Of a DNA stretch of 64,000 nucleotides, positions 52,141 through 61,271 are shown one piece after another. The DNA lies in the NCBI GenBank assembly GCA_963728655.1, contig CAVSLD010000004.1, positions 113,343 to 177,342 of the forward strand. Reading direction: 5' to 3'. Numbering within the stretch: the first letter of the stretch is position 1; each line of letters opens with the position of its first letter. This stretch comes from an uncultured Iamiaceae bacterium (GTDB lineage: Bacteria; Actinomycetota; Acidimicrobiia; Acidimicrobiales; Iamiaceae). The notes below the pieces were generated by a model that saw only the letters and a program-made list of their open reading frames with translations, did not search any database and was not told where the DNA came from. A program made the position numbers and the translations under genes.

Positions 52141-54510
52141 CTACTGCCGGGCCATGGCGATGCGGTGGCGCTCGTCGGGGTCGACGAGGTGGTCGTGGCT
52201 GTCGTCGCCGAGATCGATCCGCACCCGGTGGATCGCGCCCGTGAACCGGCTGGTGGCGGTCGAGTAGTCCGTGCTCACGGCCGTCCCGGACTCGTAGCCG
52301 ACGTCGGTGGTCTCGTCGGCCGAGAAGATCATCGGCTGGGTGGCCTCGACCCGGCCGGCGCCGACCGGCTCACCATCGTGGAGGAGGGTGACGTCGCCGC
52401 CCTTGGCCAGGCCGCCACCGTCGTAGGCCAGCTCCATGCGCACCTGGTGGGCACCGGGCGGGAGGGCCACGTCGGCCACCGTGCGGAACTCCTGGATGCC
52501 GAGCACGTTGTAGGTGAAGGTGAGCCGTCCGTCGGTCACGTAGATCGCCCAGCCCCCGAAGCGGCCGCCCTGGGCGATGATCACGCCGTCGGCCCCCGCG
52601 TCGGGGACCTCGAGGTCGGCGGTCACGGAGAACGAGCGGTTCTTGATGCTGATCACGCTGCTCTCCGACAGCCGGCCCATGCCCGGGTACAGCACCTGCG
52701 AGGTCCCGTGGATCAGCGTGGGTCGGCCGGCCATGGACGGGTCGAGGCGCTCCCCGGTGCGGTCGTCCAGGGGGAGGACGCTGTACTTGGTCGCCTCGAT
52801 GAGCCACAGGCGTTGGAGCTGGGCCAGCCGCTCGGGCTGCTCGGCGGCCAGGTCCCGGGCCTGGCTGTAGTCCTGGGAGCCGTCGTAGAGCTCCCAGACG
52901 TCGTCGTCGAACGCAGGCACGTTCCCGCCGACGAGCTCCCACGGGGTCCGGTGCTTGGTCACCGCGCTCCACCCCTTGTGGTAGAGGCCACGGTTGCCGA
53001 ACATCTCGAAGTACTGGAGGTCGTGGCGCTCCGGCTCGTCGGGGCCGTCGAAGGTGTACAGCATGCTCGTGCCCTCCATGGGCGACTGCTGCACGCCGTT
53101 GACCATCGTCGGCTCCGGGAGCCCGGCCGCCTCCAGGATGGTCGGGGCCAGGTCGATGACGTGGGTGAACTGGCTGCGCCGGCCTCCGGGCTCGTCGATG
53201 CCGCCGGGCCAGTGGACGATGGCCCCGTTGCGGGTGCCGCCCCAGTGCGAGGCGACCTGCTTGGTCCACTGGAACGGGGTGTTCATGGCCCAGGCCCACC
53301 CGACGGCGTAGTGGTTGTAGGAGTCGGGGGAGCCGAAGTCGTCCACCTTGGAGAGCAGGAACTCCGGCGTCTCGAGGGCGGCCATGCCGTTGAAGTTGGC
53401 CATCTCGTTGAAGGCGCCGTTCACGGTGCCCTCGGCCGACGCGCCGTTGTCGCCGACGATGTAGTAGATCAGCGTGTCCTCGAGGACGCCCAGGTCCTCG
53501 ATGGCGTCGATCACCCGACCGACGTGGTGGTCGGTGTGCTCCAGGAACCCGGCGTAGACCTCCATCTGGCGGGCCAGCACCGGCTTCAGCTCGTCGGGCA
53601 TGTCGTCCCAGGCCGGGATCTCCTCGTGCCGGGCGGTGAGCTCGGCGTCGGGCGGGATCACCCCCAGCTCCTTCTGGCGGGCGAACGTGCGCTCGCGCTG
53701 CACGTCCCACCCGTCGTCGAACCGGCCCGCGTAGCGGTCGGCCCACTCCTTGGGCACGTGGTGCGGTGCGTGGGTCGCGCCCGGCGCGAAGTACAGGAAG
53801 AACGGCTTGTCGGGCATGAGCGCCTTCTGCTGGCGCACCCAGCCGACGGCCCGGTCGGCCAGGTCCTCGGTCAGGTGGTAGCCCTCCTCCGGGGTCCTCG
53901 GCGGCTCCACCGGGGTGGTCCCGTCGTAGAGGGCCGGGTCCCACTGGTTGTTCTCGCCACCGATGAAGCCGTAGAAGGTCTCGAAGCCCCCGCCCCCCGA
54001 CGGCCAGGCGTCGAAGGGGCCGAGCGGGGAGGACTGCCAGACGGGCACCTCGTGGCACTTGCCGAACTGCGCCGTCGAGTACCCGTTCAGCTTGAGGGTC
54101 ATCGCCAGGGGGGCCTTGGTGTTGGGCCGCACGGAGCTGTTGCCGGGCGCCGAGGTCGCCGTCTCGGTGATGCTGCCCATCCCCACCGAGTGGTGGTTGC
54201 GCCCCGTGAGCAGCGCCTGGCGGGTGGGCGCGCACAGCGCGGTCGTGTGGAACCGGTCGTAGGTGAGCCCGCCGGCGGCCAGCGTCTCTGCGTTCGGGGT
54301 CCGGCACGGGCCCCCGAACGCGCTGGCGGCGCCGAAGCCCACGTCGTCGAGCAGGATGACCACCACGTTCGGGGCGCCCGCCGGCGGGCGCAGCGGCTCG
54401 ATCGGCGGGTAGGAGGTCTCCGGGTCCTTGGCGTCGTAGGTCGTGAGACCCGGACCGGGACGGTCGGGGATGGGCAGCATCGACCGGGCGTGGCGGTCAG
54501 GTGTGGACAT
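52141..54510 (-). CDS. Arylsulfatase (formylglycine-dependent)
   Basis: PNVVVILLDDVG, CAPTRQALLTGR (CxPxR), FGKCH, GDNG. Confidence 0.93.
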   Translation of the reverse strand: MSTPDRHARSMLPIPDRPGPGLTTYDAKDPETSYPPIEPLRPPAGAPNVVVILLDDVGFGAASAFGGPCRTPNAETLAAGGLTYDRFHTTALCAPTRQALLTGRNHHSVGMGSITETATSAPGNSSVRPNTKAPLAMTLKLNGYSTAQFGKCHEVPVWQSSPLGPFDAWPSGGGGFETFYGFIGGENNQWDPALYDGTTPVEPPRTPEEGYHLTEDLADRAVGWVRQQKALMPDKPFFLYFAPGATHAPHHVPKEWADRYAGRFDDGWDVQRERTFARQKELGVIPPDAELTARHEEIPAWDDMPDELKPVLARQMEVYAGFLEHTDHHVGRVIDAIEDLGVLEDTLIYYIVGDNGASAEGTVNGAFNEMANFNGMAALETPEFLLSKVDDFGSPDSYNHYAVGWAWAMNTPFQWTKQVASHWGGTRNGAIVHWPGGIDEPGGRRSQFTHVIDLAPTILEAAGLPEPTMVNGVQQSPMEGTSMLYTFDGPDEPERHDLQYFEMFGNRGLYHKGWSAVTKHRTPWELVGGNVPAFDDDVWELYDGSQDYSQARDLAAEQPERLAQLQRLWLIEATKYSVLPLDDRTGERLDPSMAGRPTLIHGTSQVLYPGMGRLSESSVISIKNRSFSVTADLEVPDAGADGVIIAQGGRFGGWAIYVTDGRLTFTYNVLGIQEFRTVADVALPPGAHQVRMELAYDGGGLAKGGDVTLLHDGEPVGAGRVEATQPMIFSADETTDVGYESGTAVSTDYSTATSRFTGAIHRVRIDLGDDSHDHLVDPDERHRIAMARQ

Positions 54511-54573
54511 GGGAGTCTCCGGTGGTCGAGGAGGCCGGCGGGGCACCGGGTGGACGGTCGTGGGCGGATCGCC

Positions 54574-54867
54574 TCAGGCGAGGATGCGCGCCTTCTGGGT
54601 CGCGAACTCGTCGTCGGTGAGGATCCCCTGGGCCTTGAGGTCCGCGAGGTCCTTCAGCTGCTGGATGGGGTCCACGGCCGGCGCGGCTGCGGGGGGAGCA
54701 GGGGCGGGCGGGGCCTGCTGCTGGTAGGCCTGCTGGCGGTCGGCCGCGGTCTGGGCGTCGCGCCCGGCGAAGCGTGCGGCCTGGCGGCGCTGCACCCGGC
54801 CGTTGACGGCGGAGGCGGTCCCGGCGACGACGGCGGTGCGGGCCACGCCGCGGAGGAGTCCTGGCAT
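54574..54867 (-). CDS. SHOCT-domain protein
   Basis: MPGLLRGVARTAVVAGTA...QLKDLADLKAQGILTDDEFATQKARIL. Confidence 0.9.
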   Translation of the reverse strand: MPGLLRGVARTAVVAGTASAVNGRVQRRQAARFAGRDAQTAADRQQAYQQQAPPAPAPPAAAPAVDPIQQLKDLADLKAQGILTDDEFATQKARILA

Positions 54868-54884
54868 CGTTGTCTCTCCTGGTC

Positions 54885-55331
54885 TCAGCCGACGCGCTCG
54901 ACGGCGTCGAGCACCTCGAGCAGGGTCTGGGCGGGGATCCGCTCGCTGGCGACCACCTGGCCGCCGACGGCGTGGGCGGCAGCCACGAAGGGCTGGGCCC
55001 AGGTGTTCTCGAAGGCCACGAGGACCCCGACGGTCCCCGGCTCGAGGGCGGCGGCCGCCTGGCCCAGGTCGTCGTCGTCGAACAGACCGGCCTGGGCCCC
55101 GGCGAAGGGGGCGAAGGCCCGAGCGCCGGGGTGGTCGGGTTGGCCGAGGTCGAGCCGGCGGACGGAGCCATCGCCCGCCCGGGCCAGCAGGGCGATGTCG
55201 AACAGGGAGATGGTGCCGGCGTCGACGAGGGCGGCGAGTGCTGCGCCGGTCCCGTCGGTGGGCGCGTCCTCCGGGAGCTCGAGGAGCACGAAGTCGACCG
55301 GGCCGGGCACAGCCTCGACGACGGTGCTCAT
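54885..55331 (-). CDS. DUF6325-like hypothetical protein
   Basis: GPVDFVLLELP, LVDAGTI, FENTWA, SERIP; ATG overlaps the upstream TGA. Confidence 0.78.
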   Translation of the reverse strand: MSTVVEAVPGPVDFVLLELPEDAPTDGTGAALAALVDAGTISLFDIALLARAGDGSVRRLDLGQPDHPGARAFAPFAGAQAGLFDDDDLGQAAAALEPGTVGVLVAFENTWAQPFVAAAHAVGGQVVASERIPAQTLLEVLDAVERVG

Positions 55332-55726
55332 CGGACCATCTCGACGTCGCGGCCGTGGGCGGTGAGGGCCCAGATGATCGACACGTCGATGGCGATGAGG
55401 ATCACTGCCCACACCGGGTACCAGGGCAGGAAGGCGAAGGCCGAGATGGCGCTGACCGCGGCGATGAACACGCCGATGATGCGGGCCAGCAGGTTCCCGG
55501 TGAGGATGCCGGCCCCCGTCAGGACGAGGGCGAGGCCGACGAGGAGGTGCACCCAGCCCCAGGTCGTGGCGTCCAGCTGGAAGACCCACTCGCGGCCCTT
55601 CACGTAGATCTCGTCCTCGGCGATCCCGCCGATGCCGGCCATGCCCTGGAACACGCCGGTGAGGATCAACATCCATCCTGCGAACGACGCCCAGCCGATG
55701 GCCCATCCACTCGGTTGCTCGCTCAT
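55328..55726 (-). CDS. DUF7144-like four-TM membrane protein
   Basis: FAGWMLILTGVFQ, WGWVHLLVG, LPWYPVWA. Confidence 0.8.
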   Translation of the reverse strand: MSEQPSGWAIGWASFAGWMLILTGVFQGMAGIGGIAEDEIYVKGREWVFQLDATTWGWVHLLVGLALVLTGAGILTGNLLARIIGVFIAAVSAISAFAFLPWYPVWAVILIAIDVSIIWALTAHGRDVEMVR

Positions 55727-55784
55727 CCGTGCTCCGTTCGTGAGGTGTCACCAGCGAAGGTACGAACGGATCGGCCGAGGGTCA

Positions 55785-55801
55785 TCACCCGGCGCGGGTG
55801 A
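55785..55801. promoter_or_regulatory. TCAC-N9-GTGA operator (TCACCCGGCGCGGGTGA)
   Basis: Minus-strand -10 TACCTT (55762-55757) exactly 22 nt away. Confidence 0.8.
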
Positions 55802-55831
55802 CCTCTCCGACGTGGCCCTCGCCCCCACCGA

Positions 55832-55848
55832 TCACCCCGGACGGGTGA
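55832..55848. promoter_or_regulatory. TCAC-N9-GTGA operator (TCACCCCGGACGGGTGA)
   Basis: Plus-strand -10 TACCGT (55871-55876) exactly 22 nt away. Confidence 0.8.
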
Positions 55849-55967
55849 GGCCGGCGGGCGGCGCCCGCCGTACCGTCGAGCCGCTCCCCCCGGACCCCGC
55901 TGGACCGCCGCCGGTCGGGACCGGTGGAGCACCCACAGACGGCGTCCGCCGTCGACGAGGAGGACCC

Positions 55968-56234
55968 GTGACCCGACACCGTGCCACCACCCTGATCGTC
56001 TCGGCCGCGCTCGTCGCCGGCTCGTGGTCGCTGGCGTCCTGCAGCGACGACTCCGGCGACGGCGGCGACCCCACCACGACGACCACCGCGGATGCCAAGA
56101 CCAGCGTCTCCGAGGCCGCCGACGACGCCGTCACCAGCGCGTCCGACGCCGCCGACGACGCGGTGACCAGTGCGTCCGACGCGGCCGACGACGCCGTCAC
56201 GAGTGCGTCCGACGCCGCTGGGGACGGGAAGTAG
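55968..56234 (+). CDS. Small acidic lipoprotein with 11-residue repeats
   Basis: GAGGAGG RBS, lipobox LASC, (AADDAVTSASD)x3. Confidence 0.8.
   Translation: MTRHRATTLIVSAALVAGSWSLASCSDDSGDGGDPTTTTTADAKTSVSEAADDAVTSASDAADDAVTSASDAADDAVTSASDAAGDGK
56115..56219. repeat. 33-bp tandem repeat, about 3 copies
   Basis: GCCGCCGACGACGCCGTCACCAGCGCGTCCGAC units differing only at synonymous positions. Confidence 0.9.
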
Positions 56235-56251
56235 CCCCGCCGACGACGGGA

Positions 56252-57667
56252 TCAGGCCGCAGGCGGGGCGCCTGCGACCTCGGCGACGAAGTCGGCGTGG
56301 TCCCGTGCGTTCTGGTCGGCGTAGTCCGAGGCGAAGCGGGTCATCGCCCGGGCCAGGGAGCGGCCACCGCCGACGTAGGCCGAGATCGCCACCGGGTCGC
56401 CGGTGCGGGCGTGGGCCCGTGCGAGGGTGCGCCCGCACATCTGGGCGTAGCCGGCGAGGAGGAAGGGGTCCATGTCGTCGACCGCGGCCGAGCCCTTCCA
56501 GTCCCACAGCTGGCGGAAGTAGAAGTCGTGGGTGGCGGAGCCGTCGGGCGCCTCGAGGCGCTCCCAGCCCAGCAGGACGTCGCTGGCCGACTGCACCAGC
56601 TTCTGGCCCTCGACCACCCGCTGCCCGTGCTGGGCGCAGGCGCTGGGGCCGAGGTGGGCCTCCAGGACCGAGGCCTCGGCCTCCTTGACCTGGATGAGGA
56701 GCGGGTCGGTGTCGTCCCGGCCGATCATCAGGGCCACCCAGCAGCGCGTCCCCACGCTGCCGACGCCCACGACCTTCCGGGCCAGGTCGACGAACCGGTA
56801 GCGCTCGAGCAGGGTCCGTCGCTCGGGCGAGAGGGTCCGGCCGTAGGCCTCCAGGGCGTGGGTCACGAAGGCGACCTGGTCGACGTGCTCCACGCCGGTG
56901 AGCAGCTCCTCGGCCCGCACCAGGAGCGGCGGGTCGCTGACGAAGCGGGGTGCACCCCCGACGGTGGTGATCAGCTTGTCGAAGGCGCGGAGGTTGTCCT
57001 TGGCCCGCGCCTTGCGGAGGGCCCGCCGGACCCGCTTCCGGGTCTCCCGCGGGGCCAGCGCGTCGAGGGTGGCGACGGCCTCGTCGAGGCTGAGACGGGA
57101 GTACCACACGTCGAGGTAGCCGGTGCCGGCCAGCTCGGCCATCGCCGTGGCGTAGGCCCGGGTGAGCGTGTGCTGGGTGGCCTCCCGGGCCGCGGCGTCG
57201 TGGCCGTTGGCCCGGGCCGCGACCTCGACGCTGGCCACAAGGCGGGCCAGGTCCCACTCGAAGGGGCCCGGGAGGGTCTCGTCGAAGTCGTTGAGGTCGA
57301 ACACCAGGCTGCGCTCGGGCGACGCGAACGCGCCGAAGTTGGCCAGGTGGGCATCACCGCAGAGCTGCACCGTGAGGCCGGTGTGCTCGCGGGTCGCGAG
57401 GTCGGCGGCGAACACGGCCGCCGCACCGCGGAAGAAGGCGAAGGGTGAGGCGGCCATCCGCTCGTGGCGGACGGGCACCAGCTCGGGCACCCGGCTGACC
57501 TCCTGCTCGGCCAGGATGGTGACGGGATCCCGCCGCGTCGGCGGCGCCTCCCACGCTCCCAGCGACGAGCGGGGCACTCGGGCCCGCACCCCCCGGCCCG
57601 CCTCGGCCCGGGCGGTGAGCGCCGGGGAGGTCGGCTCGGAGGTCGGTGGGGCGGCGACGTCGGACAT
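56252..57667 (-). CDS. DUF2252 family protein
   Basis: RMAASPFAFFRGAA, CGDAHLANFG, DLNDFDE, RKVVGVGSVG, FYFRQLWDWK, ARAHAR. Confidence 0.9.
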   Translation of the reverse strand: MSDVAAPPTSEPTSPALTARAEAGRGVRARVPRSSLGAWEAPPTRRDPVTILAEQEVSRVPELVPVRHERMAASPFAFFRGAAAVFAADLATREHTGLTVQLCGDAHLANFGAFASPERSLVFDLNDFDETLPGPFEWDLARLVASVEVAARANGHDAAAREATQHTLTRAYATAMAELAGTGYLDVWYSRLSLDEAVATLDALAPRETRKRVRRALRKARAKDNLRAFDKLITTVGGAPRFVSDPPLLVRAEELLTGVEHVDQVAFVTHALEAYGRTLSPERRTLLERYRFVDLARKVVGVGSVGTRCWVALMIGRDDTDPLLIQVKEAEASVLEAHLGPSACAQHGQRVVEGQKLVQSASDVLLGWERLEAPDGSATHDFYFRQLWDWKGSAAVDDMDPFLLAGYAQMCGRTLARAHARTGDPVAISAYVGGGRSLARAMTRFASDYADQNARDHADFVAEVAGAPPAA

Positions 57668-57726
57668 GGCGGACCTCCTCGGCCGGGGCGGCGGGCTCAA
57701 CCTAGGCACCGACCGCCGGCGTGTCG

Positions 57727-57743
57727 TCACCCCGCGGGGGTGA
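57727..57743. promoter_or_regulatory. TCAC-N9-GTGA operator (TCACCCCGCGGGGGTGA) within extended palindrome TGTCG...CGACA
   Basis: Minus-strand -10 TAGGTT (57704-57699) exactly 22 nt away; overlaps the upstream gene's stop codon. Confidence 0.8.
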
Positions 57744-58653
57744 CGACAGCAGGTGTGCCCTCGCCGTCGGCGGCCGACTCCACCGGCAGCAGCAGCGCGC
57801 CGACGAGGAAGCCCACGGCGCCGACGAAGGTGCCCAGGTTGACCAGGGCGATGTTGGCCGGCTCTCCGGTCGTGGTCAGGACCCTGGCCGCGACGGCAGA
57901 GATCCCGAAGGCGACCGAGCCGACCAGGTTCACCAGACCGATGCGCCACCCGACCGAGCCGTCCGGTCGGGGCCGGACGCCCCGGTTCACCTCGGACCAG
58001 GCCAGCCCGCTGGCGACGAGGAAGCACACCGAGCCGTACACGTCGGGGGCCCACACCAGCCGCCTCAGCTGGTCGACGTCGAGCCCCTCCCTCGTGGCCG
58101 CGAAGGTGCTGATGTTGAACAGCACGGTGCCCACCAGCTGCACCACCGCCGCCCACCAGTCGAGGCGACGGGGCTTCCACCGGACGAGGTGGCGGAGCCC
58201 GGGGCGGGCCGAGTCGGGCAGCACGCCCTCCCGAGCCCGGGCCGTCTCGTGGTACTGCAGGGCCGCCGCCGCCGTGAACGAAGAGGGAGCCGACGAAGAA
58301 GGTGGCCGCGGCCACGAGGTCGGCGTCCACGTGGTCGAAGTAGGGCGGCACCGAGCCCACGGCGAAGCACAGCGACCCGAAGGCGAACAGCGCCGCCCAT
58401 CCACCAGCTCGACGGCTGCGGGCGGCCGCCCCACCGGCCCTCGACCCGCCGGATCCGGTGCCCGTCCGGGAGCCGGAGCCCGAGGCCCTTGCGGTGGCGG
58501 CGCGACGACCACTCGACCTCGGTGCCGTCGGGGCGGCGCAGCAGGGCGTGGGTGGTGAACGACAGCGGCCCCCAGGTGCGCACCACGCTCCACCCGGCGG
58601 GCAGGGTCGGGGAGGCCCCCGGCGGGCCCGGCCACGGGCGCGGCGGGGGTCAC
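57727..58653 (-). CDS. YrhK-like multi-pass membrane protein (frameshifted)
   Basis: Fragments LFAFGSLCFAVG, FFVGSLF, QLVGTVLFNIST, GSVCFLVAS across three frames. Confidence 0.65.
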   Translation of the reverse strand: MTPAAPVAGPAGGLPDPARRVERGAHLGAAVVHHPRPAAPPRRHRGRVVVAPPPQGPRAPAPGRAPDPAGRGPVGRPPAAVELVDGRRCSPSGRCASPWARCRPTSTTWTPTSWPRPPSSSAPSSFTAAAALQYHETARAREGVLPDSARPGLRHLVRWKPRRLDWWAAVVQLVGTVLFNISTFAATREGLDVDQLRRLVWAPDVYGSVCFLVASGLAWSEVNRGVRPRPDGSVGWRIGLVNLVGSVAFGISAVAARVLTTTGEPANIALVNLGTFVGAVGFLVGALLLPVESAADGEGTPAVVTPAG

Positions 58654-58655
58654 TG

Positions 58656-60077
58656 TCACGTGGCGGGTGCGGGCCTTGCCGTGGGCGGCGGCGTGCTGCG
58701 GCGCCGTCCACAGGTCGGGCTTGGTGCTGGAGCGCTGCGACCGGCTGCTCGGCCTCCAGGTCGTCCCACGCCTTGGCCAGGTCGCGGAGGAGCATGTCGA
58801 TCATCTGGCGACTGAGGTCGAGGCGGACGACGACGCGCATCAGGTGCACGTCCTCGGCGTCGGGCGGGCAGGCTGTAGGCGGGCACGATCCAGCCGTCCT
58901 CCCGCAGCCGGGCCGACAGGTGGTACACGTCGAAGCCGGGGTCGCCCGTCGATCTTGAAGGTGACCACCGGCTCGGCCAGGCCCGGGGTTCAGGATCTCG
59001 AAGCGACCCGACGCCTCGAGCGCCTCGTTCAGGTGCCGGGCGTTGGCCAGCATGTTGGCCACGATCGAGGAGTAGCCGCTCGCGCCCCAGGCGGAGGAAG
59101 TTGTACATCTGGGCCTGGATCATGGCCGAGCCCCGCGAGAAGTTGAACGTGTAGGTGGGCTGGGCCCCGCCCAGGTAGTTGACGCTGAAGACCAGGTCCT
59201 CGGGCAGCTTCGACTTGTCCCGGAAGACGAGCCAGCCGACCCCCGGGTAGACGAGGCCGTACTTGTGGCCCGAGGCGTTGATCGACGCCACCTGCTCGAG
59301 GCGGAAGTCCCAGCGCAGGTCGGGCTCGGCGAAGGGGGCGACGAACGCCCCGCTGGCCCCGTCGACGTGCAGCGGGATGTCCCACCCCTTCTCGGCCTTG
59401 ACCCGCACCAGGAGGTCGTTGATCTCCTCGATGGGGTCGGCCTCGCCGATGTGGGTCGTGCCCAGCACCGCGCCCACGGCGATGGTGTTCTCGTCGATGT
59501 GGGCCTCCACGTCGTCGGCGCTGAGCACGTAGCGGTCGGGCTTCATCGGGATCTTGCGCATCTCGACGTCGAAGTAGTTGGCGAACTTGTCCCACACCAC
59601 GTGGGTCTCGGCCCCGAAGACGACGTTGGGTCGGTCGGTCGGGAGGCCGGCGGCCTGGCGCCGGTCGCGCCAGCTGCGCTTGTGGGCGAGGAGGCCGAGC
59701 ATGATCGCCTCCGACGAGCCGATGGTGCCCACGCCGACCACCTCCGCCGGGTCCGGGGCGTGTGAACAGGTCGCCCAGCATGTGCGACGCAGGCCTCCTC
59801 CACCAGCGAGGCCGCGGGGTACTCCTCGTGGTCGATGTGGTTCTTGCGGAGGGTGTCGTGGATCAGCGCCTCGGCCTCGGGCTCCATCCACGTGGTGACG
59901 AACGAGGCCAGGTTGAGCGTCTCGCGCCCGTCGAGCATCAGGCCGGTGTGGAGCAGCTCGTAGGCCTCGTCGGCCGGCATGCCCCTCGTCGGGGAACTGG
60001 GTCGGGTCGACGTGCTCGCGGAAGCCACGACGTCCGTGGATCGGGCCGAAGGGGTCGTCGGTCGGGGTCTCGGTCAC
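58656..60077 (-). CDS. gadB: Glutamate decarboxylase, PLP-dependent (several frameshifts)
   Basis: NLASFVTTWME, TIGSSEAIMLG, HVDGASG, SINASGHKYG (PLP lysine), GWIVPAY, MRVVVR across frames. Confidence 0.88.
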   Translation of the reverse strand: MTETPTDDPFGPIHGRRGFREHVDPTQFPDEGHAGRRGLRAAPHRPDARRARDAQPGLVRHHVDGARGRGADPRHPPQEPHRPRGVPRGLAGGGGLRRTCWATCSHAPDPAEVVGVGTIGSSEAIMLGLLAHKRSWRDRRQAAGLPTDRPNVVFGAETHVVWDKFANYFDVEMRKIPMKPDRYVLSADDVEAHIDENTIAVGAVLGTTHIGEADPIEEINDLLVRVKAEKGWDIPLHVDGASGAFVAPFAEPDLRWDFRLEQVASINASGHKYGLVYPGVGWLVFRDKSKLPEDLVFSVNYLGGAQPTYTFNFSRGSAMIQAQMYNFLRLGRERLLLDRGQHAGQRPAPERGARGVGSLRDPEPRAWPSRWSPSRSTGDPGFDVYHLSARLREDGWIVPAYSLPARRRGRAPDARRRPPRPQSPDDRHAPPRPGQGVGRPGGRAAGRSAPAPSPTCGRRRSTPPPTARPAPAT

Positions 60078-60126
60078 GTCGTTGCTCCTGGGTGGGGGGT
60101 GCGGCCGCCGGGTGGGGGTCGCAGGG

Positions 60127-60936
60127 TCAGCCGCCGGTGCGGACGGTGCACGGCGCGGTGGCCGACGGGGGGGCCATCATCTCCATCGACGCCGTCGTCT
60201 GCTCGATGAGCGCCGGGGTGACCCGGCCCCCGCCGCTGGCGAACGGGGTGCTCAGGGCCACCACGATGAGGAACATCACGCTGGTGAAGACGGCCGAGAG
60301 GGCGACGAGGACCCCCTGCGTGGTCGGTCCGGCCTGCAGGGTCACCACGAAGATGAGCCCCACCACGAACAGGCCCCCGCCCACCAGCAGGCCCCAGAGG
60401 AGCGGGGGCACGTGGGTCTCGGCCGCGACCAGGCGCGTCTCCCGGGCCGTCGAGATGCTCCCCACCTGGGCCACCAGGTTGGTCGCCGCCGCGGAGTGCA
60501 GCGCACCGGCCGTCGGCTGGTCGTCCTCGCCGAGGGAGGCGACGAGGTCGGCGAAGGCGGCGTCCACCTCCGGCGCGCCCTCCTTGTCCTCGAGGGCGGG
60601 CCAGTCGTACTCGGGCACGGCCCGGGAGTAGCAGATCAGCGCCCGCTGGATGCCGGGACCGGCCTCGGGGAAGAGGGCGGCCTCCTCGTAGGCCGTGCCG
60701 ATCGACGTCGCCTCGTCCCCGACGGCCTGCCGGGCGTCGGAGTACACGCCGAACAGGAACAGGATGGAGAAGCCCACCACCACGCCGTAGGCCGTGGCGA
60801 CGTAGGACAGCGTGGCGCCCCACGGGCCCGGCTCGACGTCCTCGTGGCGGAGGAGACGCCGGGCGACGTGGCACAGCCCGAAGGTGACGGCGCCGACCGC
60901 GACGAGCAGCAGGACGTTGAGCAGCACTCGGCTCAT
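60127..60936 (-). CDS. DUF4239-type (bestrophin-like) membrane protein
   Basis: YGVVVGF...ARQAVGDEA...YSRAVPEYDWP...ARETRL...VPPLLW...LSTPF pattern. Confidence 0.72.
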   Translation of the reverse strand: MSRVLLNVLLLVAVGAVTFGLCHVARRLLRHEDVEPGPWGATLSYVATAYGVVVGFSILFLFGVYSDARQAVGDEATSIGTAYEEAALFPEAGPGIQRALICYSRAVPEYDWPALEDKEGAPEVDAAFADLVASLGEDDQPTAGALHSAAATNLVAQVGSISTARETRLVAAETHVPPLLWGLLVGGGLFVVGLIFVVTLQAGPTTQGVLVALSAVFTSVMFLIVVALSTPFASGGGRVTPALIEQTTASMEMMAPPSATAPCTVRTGG

Positions 60937-61166
60937 GGTCAGCGGGAGCGTCCCGGCGCAGGGGCGATGGGCTGCGTCGGTCGCGAGGGGCCGCGACGAG
61001 CACGGCGGGCGACGTCGAGGACCGCCTCGTGGGCGGTGGCCCCAGCGCCGGGCCGCGAGGCCATCCCGCCCTCTCTCTCGGTCATCGTGAGCCTCCAGGC
61101 GTCCGTCGTCGTCGGTCGCGGCGCGGCCGTCCGCGACCAGCCAACCGCAGGTCCCGTCCACCGTCA

Positions 61167-61183
61167 TCACCCGGATCGGATGA
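61167..61183. promoter_or_regulatory. Operator variant TCAC-N9-ATGA (TCACCCGGATCGGATGA)
   Basis: Intergenic, upstream of the DUF4239-gadB unit; minus-strand TTGGCT 22 nt away. Confidence 0.62.
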
Positions 61184-61271
61184 GGCGGTGTCGGGGCCTC
61201 TCGATGGCCGGCGTGCTCGTCCCGTGCGGGCCCCGCCGTCCCCCGCCCCGCCCGAGGGCGGTCGCACGCCC

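Noticed and set aside
56115-56219. 33-bp repeats as a possible CRISPR array
   Set aside because: No spacers, in frame within a lipoprotein gene, and no cas genes.
56252-59062. 936-aa ORF joining GAD, membrane-protein and DUF2252 sequence
   Set aside because: A patchwork caused by frameshifts in stop-poor GC-rich DNA; DUF2252 has its own promoter, RBS and ATG at 57667.
60938-61085. Possible short ORF upstream of the DUF4239-type gene
   Set aside because: No consistent frame or motif, and it lies next to an error-rich region.
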